From Podarcis erhardii (lineage: Eukaryota), in the NCBI GenBank assembly GCA_964252035.1, contig OZ176208.1: a DNA stretch of 64,000 nucleotides. The stretch is one strand, 5' to 3'. Shown here piece by piece: positions 44,421 to 58,566 of the stretch. Each line of letters starts with the position of its first letter. Position 1 is the stretch's first letter. The notes below the pieces were generated by a model, which was not told the origin of the DNA, searched no databases, and saw nothing but the letters and a program-made list of their open reading frames with translations. A program made the position numbers and the translations under genes.

Positions 44421-45148
44421 CAGAACATTTCCACCCACTATTGTGATCGAAACAATAACTGGGAGCCACAGCAATAAAGTATTTCTGGGAAAATTAGATT
44501 TCCCTACCACAAAAATGCTTAAAGAAAGATACTTGGATCCTGAGGTTGAAAGAACTCCCTCCCCTGCAATTTATTCTTCAGATGACTTTTGCTATGTCCA
44601 TGTGTTTCACCAGGAGCTAAAAGATATGTTTTTGTTGCCTCCCCTCTGCTCACTGCCAATGCCTCTCTTAATTGGTTTCAAATGCTGGCAGGCCTGTGAA
44701 ACATGGCCTTGTGAGTCTAGTTCCTTATATGATTTTTATTAAAATTCACTTTGTGTCCAAAGCACATGAGATTTACAGCTGAAAGTAATAGATTGATTCT
44801 TACTAAGGCATAAATCTGCTAACGGTTTATGGAGGCTTGTTGATATTAGAAGGTTGGTGAAAGTCACTGCAATCGTCCAGCTGAAGAGCCGTCTGTTATG
44901 CCCCTTAATACATTTGCTTAATTGGATAAATTGTACACGGCTTCTGAAAATACAAACAGAGGTGTGGAAGGTAGAGATACTCTGCTTGGTGCACAGTTTC
45001 TCCTTCCACACCCTTCCCCTCAAAAAATTGAAAATGAAGAGGAGGCAGAAGGGAACAAGAGAGGCAGCTTTGCCGTTTGCTACCTTGCAGTTGAAGCAAT
45101 TTGTTTTCCTGCAGCCATGGAGAAGCCCTGCCTTGCCTCTGGGAAGGA

Positions 45149-45204
45149 GGAAGGAAGGAAGGAAGGAAGGAAGGAAGGAAGGAAGGAAGGAAGGAAGGAA
45201 GGAA
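45149..45204. repeat. (GGAA)14 microsatellite
   Basis: Direct reading. Confidence 0.95.
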
Positions 45205-45387
45205 GGGGGACAGAAGCCTTTGGAGAAAACTTTAAACTAAAGCCACTAGAGGATGTGGAATGGGGAAGGCAGAAAGGTAGCAAATGTATGGATTTAGGGT
45301 TGCTGTTGGTAATTTTTTCAATGACTATGAAGAATATAAGAAACAGGAGGGGTTCAGGGGGAAATATGAGGTTTAGTCTTGGACATA

Positions 45388-45613
45388 CAGTGGTACCTTG
45401 GTTTGCATATGTTTTGGATTACAAACACGTCAAACCCAGAAGTGCGTGTCCCAGTTTGCAACCTTTTTTTGGATTATAGCCCCTTTTTTTTTGAATCACA
45501 AACAAATTTTTTTGGGAGGCCCCATTGGTGAAAGTGCGCCTTGGGTTTCAACCTGTTTTGGTTTACAAATGGACCTCTGGAACGGATCATGGTTGTAAAC
45601 CAAAGTACCACTG
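45388..45613. mobile_element. Tc1/mariner-type MITE (third subfamily)
   Basis: TA|CAGTGGTACCTTGGTTTGC...GTAAACCAAAGTACCACTG|TA. Confidence 0.82.
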
Positions 45614-46679
45614 TATTCAGCTTGAGATGATGAAGAAGCACTGAAGGGGGAAGATCAGAGAGACTCTTGGAAATGGAGGAGTGGAGCAAGGCAAGAGAAG
45701 AGTTGGGTGTCACAGGCTGTGATGAGATTAGACAGTAGGAAAGGGACAGAAAGAAAATCACAGAGGATCAAAGAGAGAGAGGGAAAGTGAGGAAGGACTC
45801 CCCATGAGAAGAAACTGAAAGAATGATTGGGCAGCTAGGAAGCAAACTGTGATGGACAGCTGAAGCAGTCACTGGGGGTCAGTAACTGTGCTTAGTAATT
45901 CTTTTTCTGAAAAGGGGGCGGTAGGCCAAAAAAGTTTGGGAACGTCTGAGAGAGCAGCAGGGAGAAAATAATTAGAGAGCGGGTTCTGATCTATGTGCAA
46001 CATTCACTCTGAGGAAAATATCTACAGGTGGAAAAAAGTGTCTCTGACCTTAGATAGAAAGGCAGTGTTTAGTGTCTTGTGAGAGTATTAAGCCAGGAGT
46101 TAACTGGAGGGCTGGGTTTGAGCAAGGAGAAGTAGAGCTGGGAGGATACAGTCTACTTGGGTCTCATTTCAGTCAGAAGGGGAGAGATCTTCTAGAAAGA
46201 GAAGAATCCAAATCCAGTCAAGAGGAGTGTGGTGACCCCCTGGGTGTGTTGTTATTGTGCTGCTATAAGTACCTCTGGAGTGTGACTGCTAGAAGGTTGG
46301 GAAACTGACAGAAAGTGCTACCTTGGTTAAGAACCAAAGTATTAAGCTGTAACACTTATGCAACGATTAAGTTGAGGAACTGAAGTGAAATAACTTGAAA
46401 TAAGCTAAGCATTTACCAACTAGTCTAGAAACCTGTAATATCTAACTGAAGAGTAATAACTAAAAATAAGCAACTGAAAATTAAAAGAAGCAAGCTGTGT
46501 GTTTACTACCTTGTTTGGAAGCCTGTAACATCCACTGGTTTTAGTATGATTATTAATAAGTTAACTGTTTCCTAAAATAAGTTGATCTCTTGACAAATCA
46601 TTTGCTTGACCAACTTTGTCCTATATGATAAATCTTTCTTATTTGTTCAACTTCTGCATGAGTCTCCAAGTATCAAAGT

Positions 46680-46980
46680 TTTACCTCATTCAAAACCCAT
46701 AACCTGTGGTGCATATAGAGGGTCTACAGTGGAAGAACCTACTGAAGATGAAACTCCAGAGGTGGAGGGCATAAGGGGAATCAAGCAAGGAATAAACTGT
46801 ATTGAAGGCAGCAGAGAAGTCAAGGAGGATGGGGACTGAGCAGAGACATTTGGATTTATGTGTGCGAAGATCATCAGTGATTTGGGGGAGGATAGCTTCA
46901 GTGCCATGGTGAGTGGAGGGTGGAAGGCAGATTGGAGGGGGCCAAGAGCATAGCTAGAGGCGAGAAAGGTCTCCTCTAGA
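46680..46980 (-). mobile_element. Old L2 RT fragment
   Basis: Minus-strand TTGACTTCTCTGCTGCCTTCAATACAGTT encodes an LDFSAAFNTV-like motif (L2 LDLSAAFDTV). Confidence 0.55.
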
Positions 46981-49154
46981 TGACCTGTTTATTCAGCATT
47001 CATCCAGATTTGTTTGCATGAAGTTTACATGGTGGTTAGACTAAGCCTGGTCTTTTCTGACAATGAACATTCATTCTGCATTCATCCTGTTTTGCTTTCA
47101 GGGTGTTTACATGTCTTCCCATGAGTTCATCCCACATGAAGTGTCCCCCCCCCCATTATATTGGAACAAATGTAGCATCACTCTCAGTGCCAGCATGCTG
47201 AGCACTGATTTGCACATCTCTATGGAGAACTAAGTTTCCATTTTACAATGCCAGTCTTTCCTGACGACACGTCAAACTGATCCAGTAACCAGTTGCATTA
47301 GTAACCTGATACTCCCTTGGGTTTATAACTGGTAATTTGGGCCAACAGCAATGCGCTGAGCCACGTAACATCTGCAGGCATTAAGTATCACAAAACTTTA
47401 CAGTGCTGATTGCAAATCTTGTCAGCCATTCAAAATATTTTATAGTCACACATACGTTCCAAAAGCCATTCCAGTAGCTCTGTCTTTGATCTACTTCAGA
47501 GCCTGTCTCTAAATAGGATCCTTGTAATAGCACAGGGTGCCATTTTCTAGAAATTAAGTACTTAGGGAACAGATCCTTTTCATTGACTAATGGCTTGTGG
47601 GCCAGATGCTGATCCAGTTACCAGTTTTAGAGTGGTGTAATTTATCCTGACCTGTAGCTGAATAAGGGAAGCACTTCAGACATTCATACATATCAAAGAC
47701 AAAAAGCTAAAACTCCCATAATTGTCATGTCCCCTGCACCCCCCCCTTTCTAGGCCTCTTATGTAATTCATCCAAGGTTAGTCCTTTACAGCCAGTTATT
47801 TTAAATGGGGGAAATTATTGGAAAGGTGTTGCCCAGTGTATATGTGGGCATAGCCCATATAACTGATAGATTAAGAAGAGATTGTGGATGGTTCAAAATT
47901 CTGAACCCAAGTTTTATGTTACTGGAAGCTCCCTTTGTCAGAAATAGTGCTGACTTTTTTACAAAGGGGAAACATGGCCATGGCAGGTCTCGTCTAAAGA
48001 CTTATACGCCTTGAACCCCAGTATTCACTGAGAACCTGGGAGATAAAAAGTGATCCTGACAAAACAATGGATAACCTTGTTGGATGCTGAGGCTCTGGTG
48101 AAGGCAAGTGACAGCACCTAGTGGGGAGGGCAGAGTTTGCTTCATCTGCATGGCTGTAAGGCCACTAACAAGCTCTTATCAAGCCAGCTGGAAAACTGCT
48201 TAGCCCTTGATTCTGGATCCTCAGTCTGAGATCTAATGCCTTTCCTCTGAGATACTTAGAAGGAGGCTAAACCTTCTAGATCCCCTTAAATGTCTTAAAT
48301 GGCTTTGAGATGCAGCCAAGCTGTGAACCCTGCTCCTAAGTAAGAATTTGTAGGATTGCGGTCTTAGTATGTTATAGATTTATATCTTTATATATTGCAA
48401 AATTCTTTCAGAGCCAATTTGGACATGTTGTAAAAGGCTTAAGTTCTGAAATTGAATGAATGAATTTTCACAGAATCAAGCCTATTGTGCTAGATTACTG
48501 GTTGTTGGCAAGGAAAGGTGAGAATGATTTCATAGGTACTTGGCTAGCTGTGTTTCCATTTACTGTCTTGGCCTTGAAGATGGAGACCAGTAATGTGGTC
48601 AAGGGCCTTTTGTGACTCACTAAGCAGAATGCAGGCAATTCATGACCTGCAGTTGTACCTGAAAGAAATATTCTATTACATGCACATGATTCACTTTTGG
48701 ATGTTTCCAATTAAGTACAACCAGGATGCCTCCTGAACCTTGAACGGTTCTGGGCAAATTCTGTCAGGTTGTGTGTTGGTGGTTCATTTCTCTGCACTAT
48801 TTCCTGCAGTAATGACAAACTGGACATGCTGAAATTATTGTTTTCAGTCCAAGACAAGTTGAATTTGGAGACTAAATCAAGAGGCAAGATTGCTGCAGTT
48901 GCAGGAGTCCAGGGGAAGTGAGAGAGAAAGAAGAGGGGCCATCATATATTTCCAGAAGAGGCAAGTGCCAAGCATGTAGGCCAGGCACCAATCTCACCCT
49001 CCTACCAGACTTTTTACTAGAGACCAAAGGTTCTACCCTTGTCCTGTTCCTTAACTACTCCAAAGGTTCCCGATCTTTCCACTCTTACCTCTTTCACTGA
49101 TTGGCTGTTTGTTTTATGTTCTTTTAAGTTCCACTAGAACTCACCTCCAAGAGT

Positions 49155-49592
49155 GCATAAATGACTTGGATGAAGGAATTGAGGTGATGGTCATCTACTT
49201 TGCAGATAACACTAAACTGGGTGGGGCAGCTAATGCTGCAGAAGACCGAACCAGGATTCAAGATGACCTTAACAGGTTGGAAAACAGGGCCAAAACTGAC
49301 AAAATGAATTTCAGTAGGGACAAATGTAAGGTTCTACACTTAGACAGGAAGAACCAGCTGCACAGATATAAGATGGGGGACACCTGGCTTGCCAGCAGGA
49401 TCTAGGGGTCTTAGTAGACCACAAGCTTACTGAGACAACAGTGTGATGCAGCAGCAAAAAACCTTCTGCTGTTAGGCTACATCAACACAAATATAGAATT
49501 CAGATCAAGGGAAGTCATGATGCCACTCTATTCTTTCTTGGTCAGACTCAGAACACACCTGGAGTACTGAATCCTGTTACGGGCACCACAAT
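49155..49592 (+). mobile_element. CR1 RT fragment (decayed)
   Basis: INDLDEGIE...FADNTKLGG...IQDDLNRLE...MNFSRDKCKVLHL; frameshifts and stops downstream. Confidence 0.88.
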
Positions 49593-50094
49593 TTTTATTC
49601 AAAATAAACTGCAAAAGAAATGCCATTGGTTTATGTGAATATAATTGCTCATCAGCAATGCATAAATATTGCACATTCATCTTAAGTGTTGATGTGTCCT
49701 CAAATTGTATGTTTTCTTCGCAGATGCAACTACAGAACACAGTGGTAAAAGGGCAAAGCCCAGAGCAAGTGCTTTTGATTCATGGTATTAACAGCTACCG
49801 CTTTTGTATACAGACATACTGCATTGCCTTCAAGTTTCACAAATGTTCTAGAGGACAGGGCCAACACAAATCAGCCTCCAACTGTGTTGGAAAGAGAAAT
49901 CAAGGATTAAAAGTGCATTACTCAAATAGGCAAGTACAGCCGCAGGATAATCAATGAATGTGTGGGCTCAAAACTGATGCAGTTTAGTGGATTATTCAAG
50001 AAAGTTGGTGAATCCACATAGTACAGGCTAAGTGAATAATGGACGGAACACAACTCCATTCAAAACCTAACATTCAAGAATATGAGGTATTCAT

Positions 50095-50097
<3 letters not shown>

Positions 50098-50156
<59 letters not shown>
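50098..50156. repeat. Compound (CT)n(CA)n microsatellite
   Basis: Direct reading. Confidence 0.95.
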
Positions 50157-50157
<1 letters not shown>

Positions 50158-52619
50158 GCCAATGTGATGTAGTGGTTATTGTGGGAGACCATGTTTCAAA
50201 TCCCACTCAACCATGAAGTTCATCTGGGGCCAATTATTGGTTATCAGGTGCCCTGCCATTATGACTACAAAATGGGGGAACATATGTTGTCCTACGCCCC
50301 AGGGACTAGAGGTGGAATATAAGTGAAACAAACAAACAAACAAAAACACAAAGGCAGACTTTCCCCACTTTCACACTGAATCACACCACCTTTTCTCTTT
50401 CTGATCTGAATTCCCACCTTCCCCGACTGTTCTTTCATTCTTTTTTCTTTTGCTTCTGTATCTCACTTACCTTCTTTCTTTCCTCCTTTCCCTCTTTCTC
50501 TTCCGCCATCTCTCTGACCCCCACCCCCCATCTCCTTACAGAGCTCAGGTTGTGTACACATTACCTGCTTAAAAAGCAGCCAGGTCATTTTTTTCAATTC
50601 GGATCAAAGCTGGTTTGCGGGGTTTCATCAAAGCAACAGTATTTCATTAGAGGGTGGATGTGTGTATTATGGGTGACATTATGCACACACTGCTTCCTAG
50701 ACCAGTGGTGGAAGCACATGGGGGTGCAGAGTAAACTGAAGCCCCCTTTAGAAATTCTCCTCTGCACATTCCAGGTAGGAGAAGGGCAGCACCCATCGGT
50801 GTCATTGTCAGTCTGCCTGTCTCCACTGCCTTCACCCCACTTCACTGTCTTTGTGCAATGGATGGGAGATCAGGACAGGGGGCGGGGGGATATGTGCATA
50901 TGCTACTTCATGTGATCAAGGGCTTCAGTTGCACCAAGGTTCTTGATCACATGAAGGAACCTGCACGCATTCAGCAGAAAGCTTATAGGTCCTCTCTTCC
51001 AACCTTCTGCAAAACACGCCAATGTCACGTGGGCAAAGTGTGCAGGGCCCTGCTCTCCCTTTCCCTGTTCTTGGAAAATGTGAAACTTCTGAAGGATCTT
51101 TTGTTGCAAATACCTGTGTAGCATCTGAGAAGGCCAGATCTCCTGTCTCCTACTCTGCCGTTCTGGATGGCACTCAAATTCTGTCAAATGAGACGGCTGC
51201 CTCCTCAGATTTGCTGGGGAGGGGGGAGTGCATGCTTTCTCCTACAAAGCAACAATGCATGCAAGGGATTCTAAGATGAAAAAGTCACTTACAGCCCAAC
51301 AAGAACTGGTTTCTGTTTATGAAAACTGGCACTGAAGGCCATGTGAAATGCGAAAAGCATCTGTCTCAGAGAGAGATCCGTTTTAAATGCATCACAATCT
51401 GGATCATTTTTGCCTTGCAAATGTCCCAGTAGGAGTTTCAGGAGTCAGTTGCAGCCAATTGTACTCACTTCTCCTGCTCTCCTTCAAAAGGGATAAATCT
51501 TTCAAACATTGTGAATAAACTGTGATTACATCTTCATTTGTCAGTAATGGGATTACCGTGCCAGTGAAAGAGACTTCAGACAAACATACATGTTTAAGAT
51601 GGGTGTAAATTACCCTAGGGGATTGGGAGGGGGGAATTCTTGGGGCTCCCCTGGCCCCAGCCCCCAACTCCAGCTTCTTTAGAAAGCTGGCCTGCGGCGA
51701 CGAACTTGAATAGCCTGGGATCAGCTGACTGTTCCCTGCTGCGCGTTGTTGCTGTTTTCCTGTGCACATGCTCAGTCAACTGGAAAATACAATTATACAC
51801 ATCCAAGAGAACGGCTAGAGTTTTTGACTCTGGCTAACAAGCTAAGGATTTTTCAACTAATTGATTTTTATCTCTGTATGAAGAAGATGTCATAAATCTT
51901 CCTTGGCTAATAATAGTTAAGAGATAAAGGCTGTTCTGAAGAAATATAAGCTGGGCTGCTGCTTAAAACTCAGAAGGGGTACATGGGCTAAAGTGCAGAA
52001 AGCCTTAGGTAGCTGTTGATAAAGCAGAACAAACTGGGGGCCAAGGAGCCTGTAAAGAAATCAATTAGATTAAAGTTTGTCCTGTGAAAGCTCTACTTAG
52101 GTCCTCTTAAAGATAGAGGAAGGCGAGAAGGCCCCGAGAAGTTTTATCAGCTTGTTATGCTTCTAATGAGCAAGATGAGGAGGAAAGCCAAATGTATCCT
52201 GGAAAAATGAGCATGGGGTCTCTTTCATTTAAAGGAGGAGGTTTTGGTTACACTGCTGGAATCGGGGCTTCTTTTCCCAGGTCCCATGGCACATCACGCG
52301 CATAAAGAAAACCCTCTTCAGGGCTTGAAGGGGAAACATTAGCAGGGCCCCACTTTCACCCCACCATCACGCAGCTTCCCGGAATTCTGTGTTGCTTCTG
52401 CAGTCAGTGGGGATACCAAAGATTCGCCATACACTGAAGAGTCCTGCACAACCAGGGTTCTAAACCACACCTGGAGTTTCCACGAATCCTGGAGGCCCCC
52501 CGCTGCCCTTGGAGACTGCAGAGCCAGGCACAGTGAGGTAACAGAGAGAGCAGGACCCGTCACTCTCCTGATCACAAGATGGAGATTGTGTGCTTTAAAT
52601 TACTGGAGAAGGCTTAAAT

Positions 52620-52871
52620 CATGGGTAGGCAACCTAAGGCCTGGGGGCCAGATCCAGCCCAATTGCCTTCTCAATCCGGCCCACAGACGGGCCGATAACC
52701 AGCATGTTTTTACATGAGCAGAATGTGTCCTTTTATTTAAAATGCATCTCTGGGTTATTTGTGGGGCATAGGAATTTGTTCTCCCCCCCCCTCATAAAAT
52801 ATAGTCCTGCCCCCCACAAGGTCTGAGGGACAGTGGACCGGTCCCCTGCTGAAAAAGTTTGCTGACCTCTG
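52620..52871 (-). mobile_element. hAT-type MITE (inverted relative of 16985-17308)
   Basis: Perfect 8-bp TSD GCTTAAAT (52612-52619, 52872-52879); ends CATGGGTAGGCAAC...GTTTGCTGACCTCTG. Confidence 0.88.
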
Positions 52872-53454
52872 GCTTAAATGCTTCCAAAAAAGCTGAATGA
52901 TAGAAAGTGGATCAAAATCTGGGCGAAAACAAAAGGGCTAACTTCTTGTCAGCAATACTGTATGTTGTGATACAGGGGGAGGCTTTGCTCATGCCTGAAC
53001 ACAGCAAGTCTTCTGCAGAGTTAAGCATGTCTTCTCCATAGTGCTCCAAAGCAAAACATGCTGCTTTGGAGCAACTTCAGAGTTTTGGAGGGTTGTTTGT
53101 ACAGCCCCACCCACCCCAGTTCTCCATAAAGGGAAAGCTCCAGGTAGCAGGAAGAGGAGGTTATCTTTTATGACTGGTGAAACAGGGAATGCCTTCATTA
53201 CCAGAGCTCTTTGGGGAGGGGCCTTGATAAGACAGAATATCAGAAATGGTGCAGTATTTTTTACGGTTCACTTCCGAGTTGCCTCATGCAGGAAAAGGAT
53301 GCGAAGTTGATGGCATTTTTTTTTTTGCAGCTCCAATTTCAATGTGGTATTTCATCCTTGGAAGGGGCAGGGGAAGAGATGGACTCCTGTATTTCCACAC
53401 ACACATACTCAATGAAAGGAAGGGTGCTTTTGAGCTGAAAAATGATAAAAGGAG

Positions 53455-53546
53455 TGGGGGAAGGTTGGTTCAGCACATGCTTTGTATGCAGAAAGTCCCA
53501 GATACAATTCCTGGCATCTCCAGTAGGGCTATTAGAGATCCCTGTC

Positions 53547-53599
<53 letters not shown>

Positions 53600-53740
53600 T
53601 TATTATTTATACCCTGCCCATCTGGCTGGGTTTCCTCAGCCACTCCAACAGAATATTAAAATACAATAGTCTATTAAACATTAAAAGCTTCCCTAAACAG
53701 GGCTGCCTTCAGTAATTCTGGAGAGCCTCTGCTGGTCTGT

Positions 53741-53745
<5 letters not shown>
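53455..53745 (+). mobile_element. tRNA-derived SINE interrupted by a minus-strand L2-type 3' end
   Basis: Head AGCACATGCTTTGTATGCAGAAAGTCCCAG...CCTGGCATCTCCAG...CCTGTCT resumes as CTGGAGAGCC at ~53718; insert at ~53549-53712 with an (AAT)17 tail. Confidence 0.65.
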
Positions 53746-53779
<34 letters not shown>

Positions 53780-55925
53780 TGCCATCATGACTGGAATTTG
53801 TATATAGGCAATTTCAAGCGAATACAAGCACCTCAGTTATATGAAATCAGAGCATGCTATGTACACTCAATAAAGCAAAAGGCTATTAAATAGGTGAGAG
53901 TTATACTTCATTTATAAAAATGACCAAACATTAAAAAGGGGAAATTATTCATTGTACAGTGTGGTGGGTTGCAAACCCAGACATAACCACTCTAGCAAAA
54001 CCCATAATAGTCATTGTAGGCGAGTCTCTTTTCATGGCCCAAACATCATCAGTTTCTTTTGGTCTTTGAATCAGTGGGCATTTTTGCTAATCTCTAATTA
54101 TTAAGGTCAATCTCAGACCCGTCTTAGTTGACTGGTCTATAAGATGTAACTTTATTTTGGCCAGATAGAATTATTGTAGATGGGTCATGTGATATTGCCC
54201 TTTCCTTTCACTTAGAATCTTTGGGGATTATGAAAGTGAAGGGCGTAGAAAAACTCACACAATACTCAGCAAATTAGTCCATCTGTCAGTCACTTAGTCA
54301 CTTCTGGAGCTCAGCATGGAGGACTCTCTGCAAGTAAAGGATGGTGAGAAAAATCGCAGGACAGGAATTCCCTGAAGGTGAGTTTGCAAATGTTGCTTTA
54401 AACGACTGGATAATTGTCCTAAGGTGGCACAAGACTCTTGGTTGTTTTACTGCAAAAGCCTAGCGCAGTTACCTATTTTTCTGTGCTGGCTTTTTTCACT
54501 TCAGAATGAAACTTAATCTACTTAGGAACTTTTTGTTGTTTGCAATCACTTAACTTATTGATCACCAAATGTGGAGAAGACTGAATGAATGGGTTAAAAC
54601 TACAGCGGCTGTGTTGACATGATTGCACATATTTCTAATCTGAGGATGTTTACTGCAGTTTATGGAAGGAAACAGATCCAAATCCATTGACTGTTTATAT
54701 GAGGACACGCTGAAAAACTGTGGTCAAATAAAATACGAAGAAAATATCACAGCTAGAAACCATTTCTGAGAAATAAATTATAGAGTTGGAGGAAAGCTTA
54801 GCTTAAAGATGTTTTTGGCCCAGTCAAATAGCACTTTCCCTTGGAATATTTCAGCACAATAAAAAAAAATGGCTTCTTCTCAACAGGGAGAGAATAGACT
54901 AACTTGGAATATTTTGGATTCCATTCAGCTTTTTGTCTCCAAGTCTGCTTTCCCACCACATTTGCATGCCTCCCTCTTGTAAAATATTTTGTCAGGGGAG
55001 AAGTAGAGCCCAAAATAAGGGCAATCAAACTTGCTTCAATTATCTTACTAGAAAAAATGTGGTTCTGAGCCTTTACAATTGTTTCTAATAATAATGTCAA
55101 AGATTAACACTGTCTGATTTGAGGGACTAAAATATTTAAATGTTTACAAACATGGGGCACAATCTCACCAAAATTAAGAACTTTTAAATCTCTTTTATTT
55201 CAGTGGGATGGAGTTAAACACATTTAGTTCCAGAATTTGAGGATTTTATTTTTTACTAGAGTAATTTTTTCATTCTCACGAGTAATTGGTGCACTTCACA
55301 ACTTTGGTATAATGACTTTTGTTTGTGCCATTTAATTTCTATTTCTATTCCAGGTGATTAACCTTGCAGTGAGCCTCAAATAGTCAAGACACATTTCCCA
55401 GAAAAATGTTGGTCCTTTTCTGTCTATTCCAGGACAAGGCCATGAGCTGAGCTCTCAATTGCAGGGTCACCAGTTTTGGGCTATGTACACATTAGCAGCT
55501 TAAAACACAGCGAAGTCACACACACACAACCCTGCTGCATTTCCAGTTGCATTTTTGTGTTGCTGTACAGACTGGAGGGTAGCAGAGATAGTTTCACCTG
55601 ATGCACATTACCTGATTTGTTTCCCTGCACCTGCAACCCCTCATAACTCCTATTCAATGAAGTTATCATCTACACATATACAATGATTGTCTCAAATGTA
55701 CACACTTCAGCTTAACCACGACATACGTTTTCAAATCAGATGGAAGCTGATCTGAAGGAAAATGCATCAAACAGCGCTATTTTTCTAGAAACTACAGGAT
55801 ATATATGGATTGTGACTAACATCACGGAAGTGCACTGGAGCCAGAGTAATTGGTAACATCTGGCATTTGGAAGAAGGGTCACTGGGTGCACTGTGTTTGG
55901 GGGGCAGCATCTTGACACTGTAGGA

Positions 55926-56142
55926 CAGGCACGTCCAACAGGTAGATCGTGATCTATTGGTAGCTCACTGGACATCTGTGGTAGATCACTGGCTCAATTT
56001 TTTTGCCCCGCACCCCCAAAAATGGGGCTTTCTCCTTCCTAGAAAAAGCTCAACAACTTAGACCTGAACCCCCCAAAAGGGGGTAGATCGCTGCCACCAG
56101 TCTTTAACTCCGTGAGTAGAAGTTGGAAGTTGGCCACCCCTG
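55926..56142 (+). mobile_element. hAT-type MITE (same family as 20899-21166)
   Basis: CAGGCACGTCCAACAGGTAGATC...GTTGGCCACCCCTG; TSD CTGTAGGA/CTGTAGTA (7/8). Confidence 0.85.
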
Positions 56143-58566
56143 CTGTAGTAGAATAAATAATTCATAAAGCTGGAAGTAAGCAAAGTGGATATTTGGATAT
56201 TTTTCTCTATGGCTACCATTAATTATATTCTTGACCATACTTCAAGAGGAAGCTATTACTAGTAGCGTCTATGTATTGTCATGTGTGATTATAAGTCATC
56301 TTATGTGATAAGGGTTTTGGTGAATCTTTCCATGTCTGTCTGTTGTGTGTGCGTGTGTATGTGCGCATGCACACACAAATACGAGAGCGGGGAAGGGGAG
56401 AAAGAGCACATGCATGACTTGACCTGTCTTAAGGCTTGGCTCGCCTTGCCTTCTTCAGTTATCTGCTCATCCTCTTTCTGTGTTTTGTGTAGTACTTCTG
56501 GGCATCCAGCCACCATCTTGAACTTGCTCCCCATATCCTGGAATTTGAGTCAATTTGCACCATGGGGGAAAACTATCCTGGTGGCCTGTGTTTCTGCCCC
56601 AATGGCTTGGGTTGGCATTGAGACAGCTGCCCAGATTGTTTAGAAATACAGCCCTTTTCAGGAGACATTTCCCAGCATGCCTGGCTCAGTGGAAGATGTC
56701 AAGACTATCAGAGCCTGACCTCTGCCTGTATAACTGGAACCACTCAATAACTGCTGAGGTCTGCTCCCATACGGAGGACTGGACAACCACAAGCTTTCTG
56801 GCAAGAACATTCTGGAACATTCTGGTGTGGTTCCACCTACCAAGGCTGGGCAGCGGCTCCTTCCTGGGATGAACAGCTCTTTGGCCCTGCCATTCTCTGG
56901 TTCTGCCTTTGGCTTGTCCTCTCCTCCTGATTGGCTCCTGGTTCCTCTTCCAGTGATGGCTATTTGGCAAAGCCAGACTCCTTGCTCTCAACTGCCACCT
57001 CCCTCCGGACTGCTGCCCACAGCCTAGCTCTGCATCTCTACTACCCATTATAGATAACTGTCTCTGAGGTGTGTGAAACAGTTGTTGACATGCTCTGGTC
57101 ACCACCAGGGAAGAAGACAGTGTTGTTGGGAAAGGAGTCCAGGTCATCTGCATGGGCCTCCTTGAAGGTTTCCATTTGATGTTCCCTGGACTGAAATGGA
57201 GTGTCAACACATTGCGATTATAATTTTTGTCACTGAGTTGGAATTAAGACTTTCAGCCCATCAGGACCACACAGGGCACTGAAATTGTATCACACGGGAC
57301 TCTTATCTCATTGGGATGAAAGAGAAACTTTGTCCTCCTGTCAGGAACTATTGTCATTTGGAGTTAGGTTCTTACACTGGGGGACACAAAAGCCACACAC
57401 TGCATGGTTGACCATCAAGCTCATTTCATACATGTCAGCATCATTGTCCTGAGGAAATATGATCAGATCATTTAATACTACATCTGAGGTTCTGCTAATT
57501 TCCCTGACCAGCCAAGTAGTTGTTTCTTTTCACTATCAAAATACCATCAAGCCCAACATGCAAGTTCCCTGGACAGAAGTGCTGAAACATTTCTTTCACT
57601 TATCTTCAAGGATTCTACCTTCTCCCCACCCCCATAAAGCATTGCTCTAAGGAATTACATGTAATTCTGTAGTCATGATTTAAAACATGAACCTCAAACT
57701 TTGATGGAAATGTCTACCAGTTTCATTTATCATTAAATGGAGGCTCCATGAAACATTACAGCAGGAAAAACTTCCTATTTAGAAGAAAAAACAAAAACTT
57801 AGAAATACAATTTCTTATTCAAGGAAAATCCTTTGTATTGCTTCACAGAGCAGTATGGCTGTTACCCTTGCAGTTCCTGGCTGAACAAAGTGGATCTGCT
57901 GTGCTGAATGGCTGTTTGCTTTTTGTGGGGGTGGGTGCCAGTTTTTTTATGCCAAAGTTGTCATTTTGGGAGTGCAGAGTCATCAAGTTTCGTATATGAT
58001 CCTGGCAAATTAAGGATCACACAGTGAGCATGACAATGTCATAGAGATAAATAGCTAATAAGATATGGCTACATGATGATGGATTGGTAGCTGATACTCA
58101 CTGGAGTTGGCAGAGAGGCAACAGTAGCCAGAGCCAGAACCAGAACCAGAACCAGGGACAGGCAGAACCAGCTAATTCCAGTTTTGTCCTCATTCTGCTC
58201 CCTGCGGCATACAGTGAGGCCCCTGCTGCAGGTGAGAAGGCAGGCAGGTGAGGACCAGTTGAGAGCAGGTGGAGCTTGGTGCAGTGTGTGTGACTCATTT
58301 GCCCATATGTACAATTGCCCTCACTCTGGTGGGGAAGAAAGAGGGGAACATATCCTTGCTGCCCCTGCATGACCAAACAAACCATTGGCTTGATTGGAAT
58401 CTAGGCTTAGACAAGGATCCTCAATGTAATAAGCTTGTGATCTATGTGGGAAAGGGACACATTCTGCCCCTGAGCATTGCATGCAGTGGTGGGGCTGCAC
58501 CTGGACCTCAGAGGAGACTCCAACCTCACCCCACCTCCTACCCCCCAGTAAGTTATCGGATTAGAG

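Noticed and set aside
45640-46600. Purine-rich, possibly solo-LTR-like stretch
   Set aside because: No clear TG...CA ends, TSD or PBS identified.
58128-58160. (CCAGAA)n short tandem run
   Set aside because: Ordinary short hexamer microsatellite. No CRISPR-like repeat-spacer array exists in this eukaryotic window.
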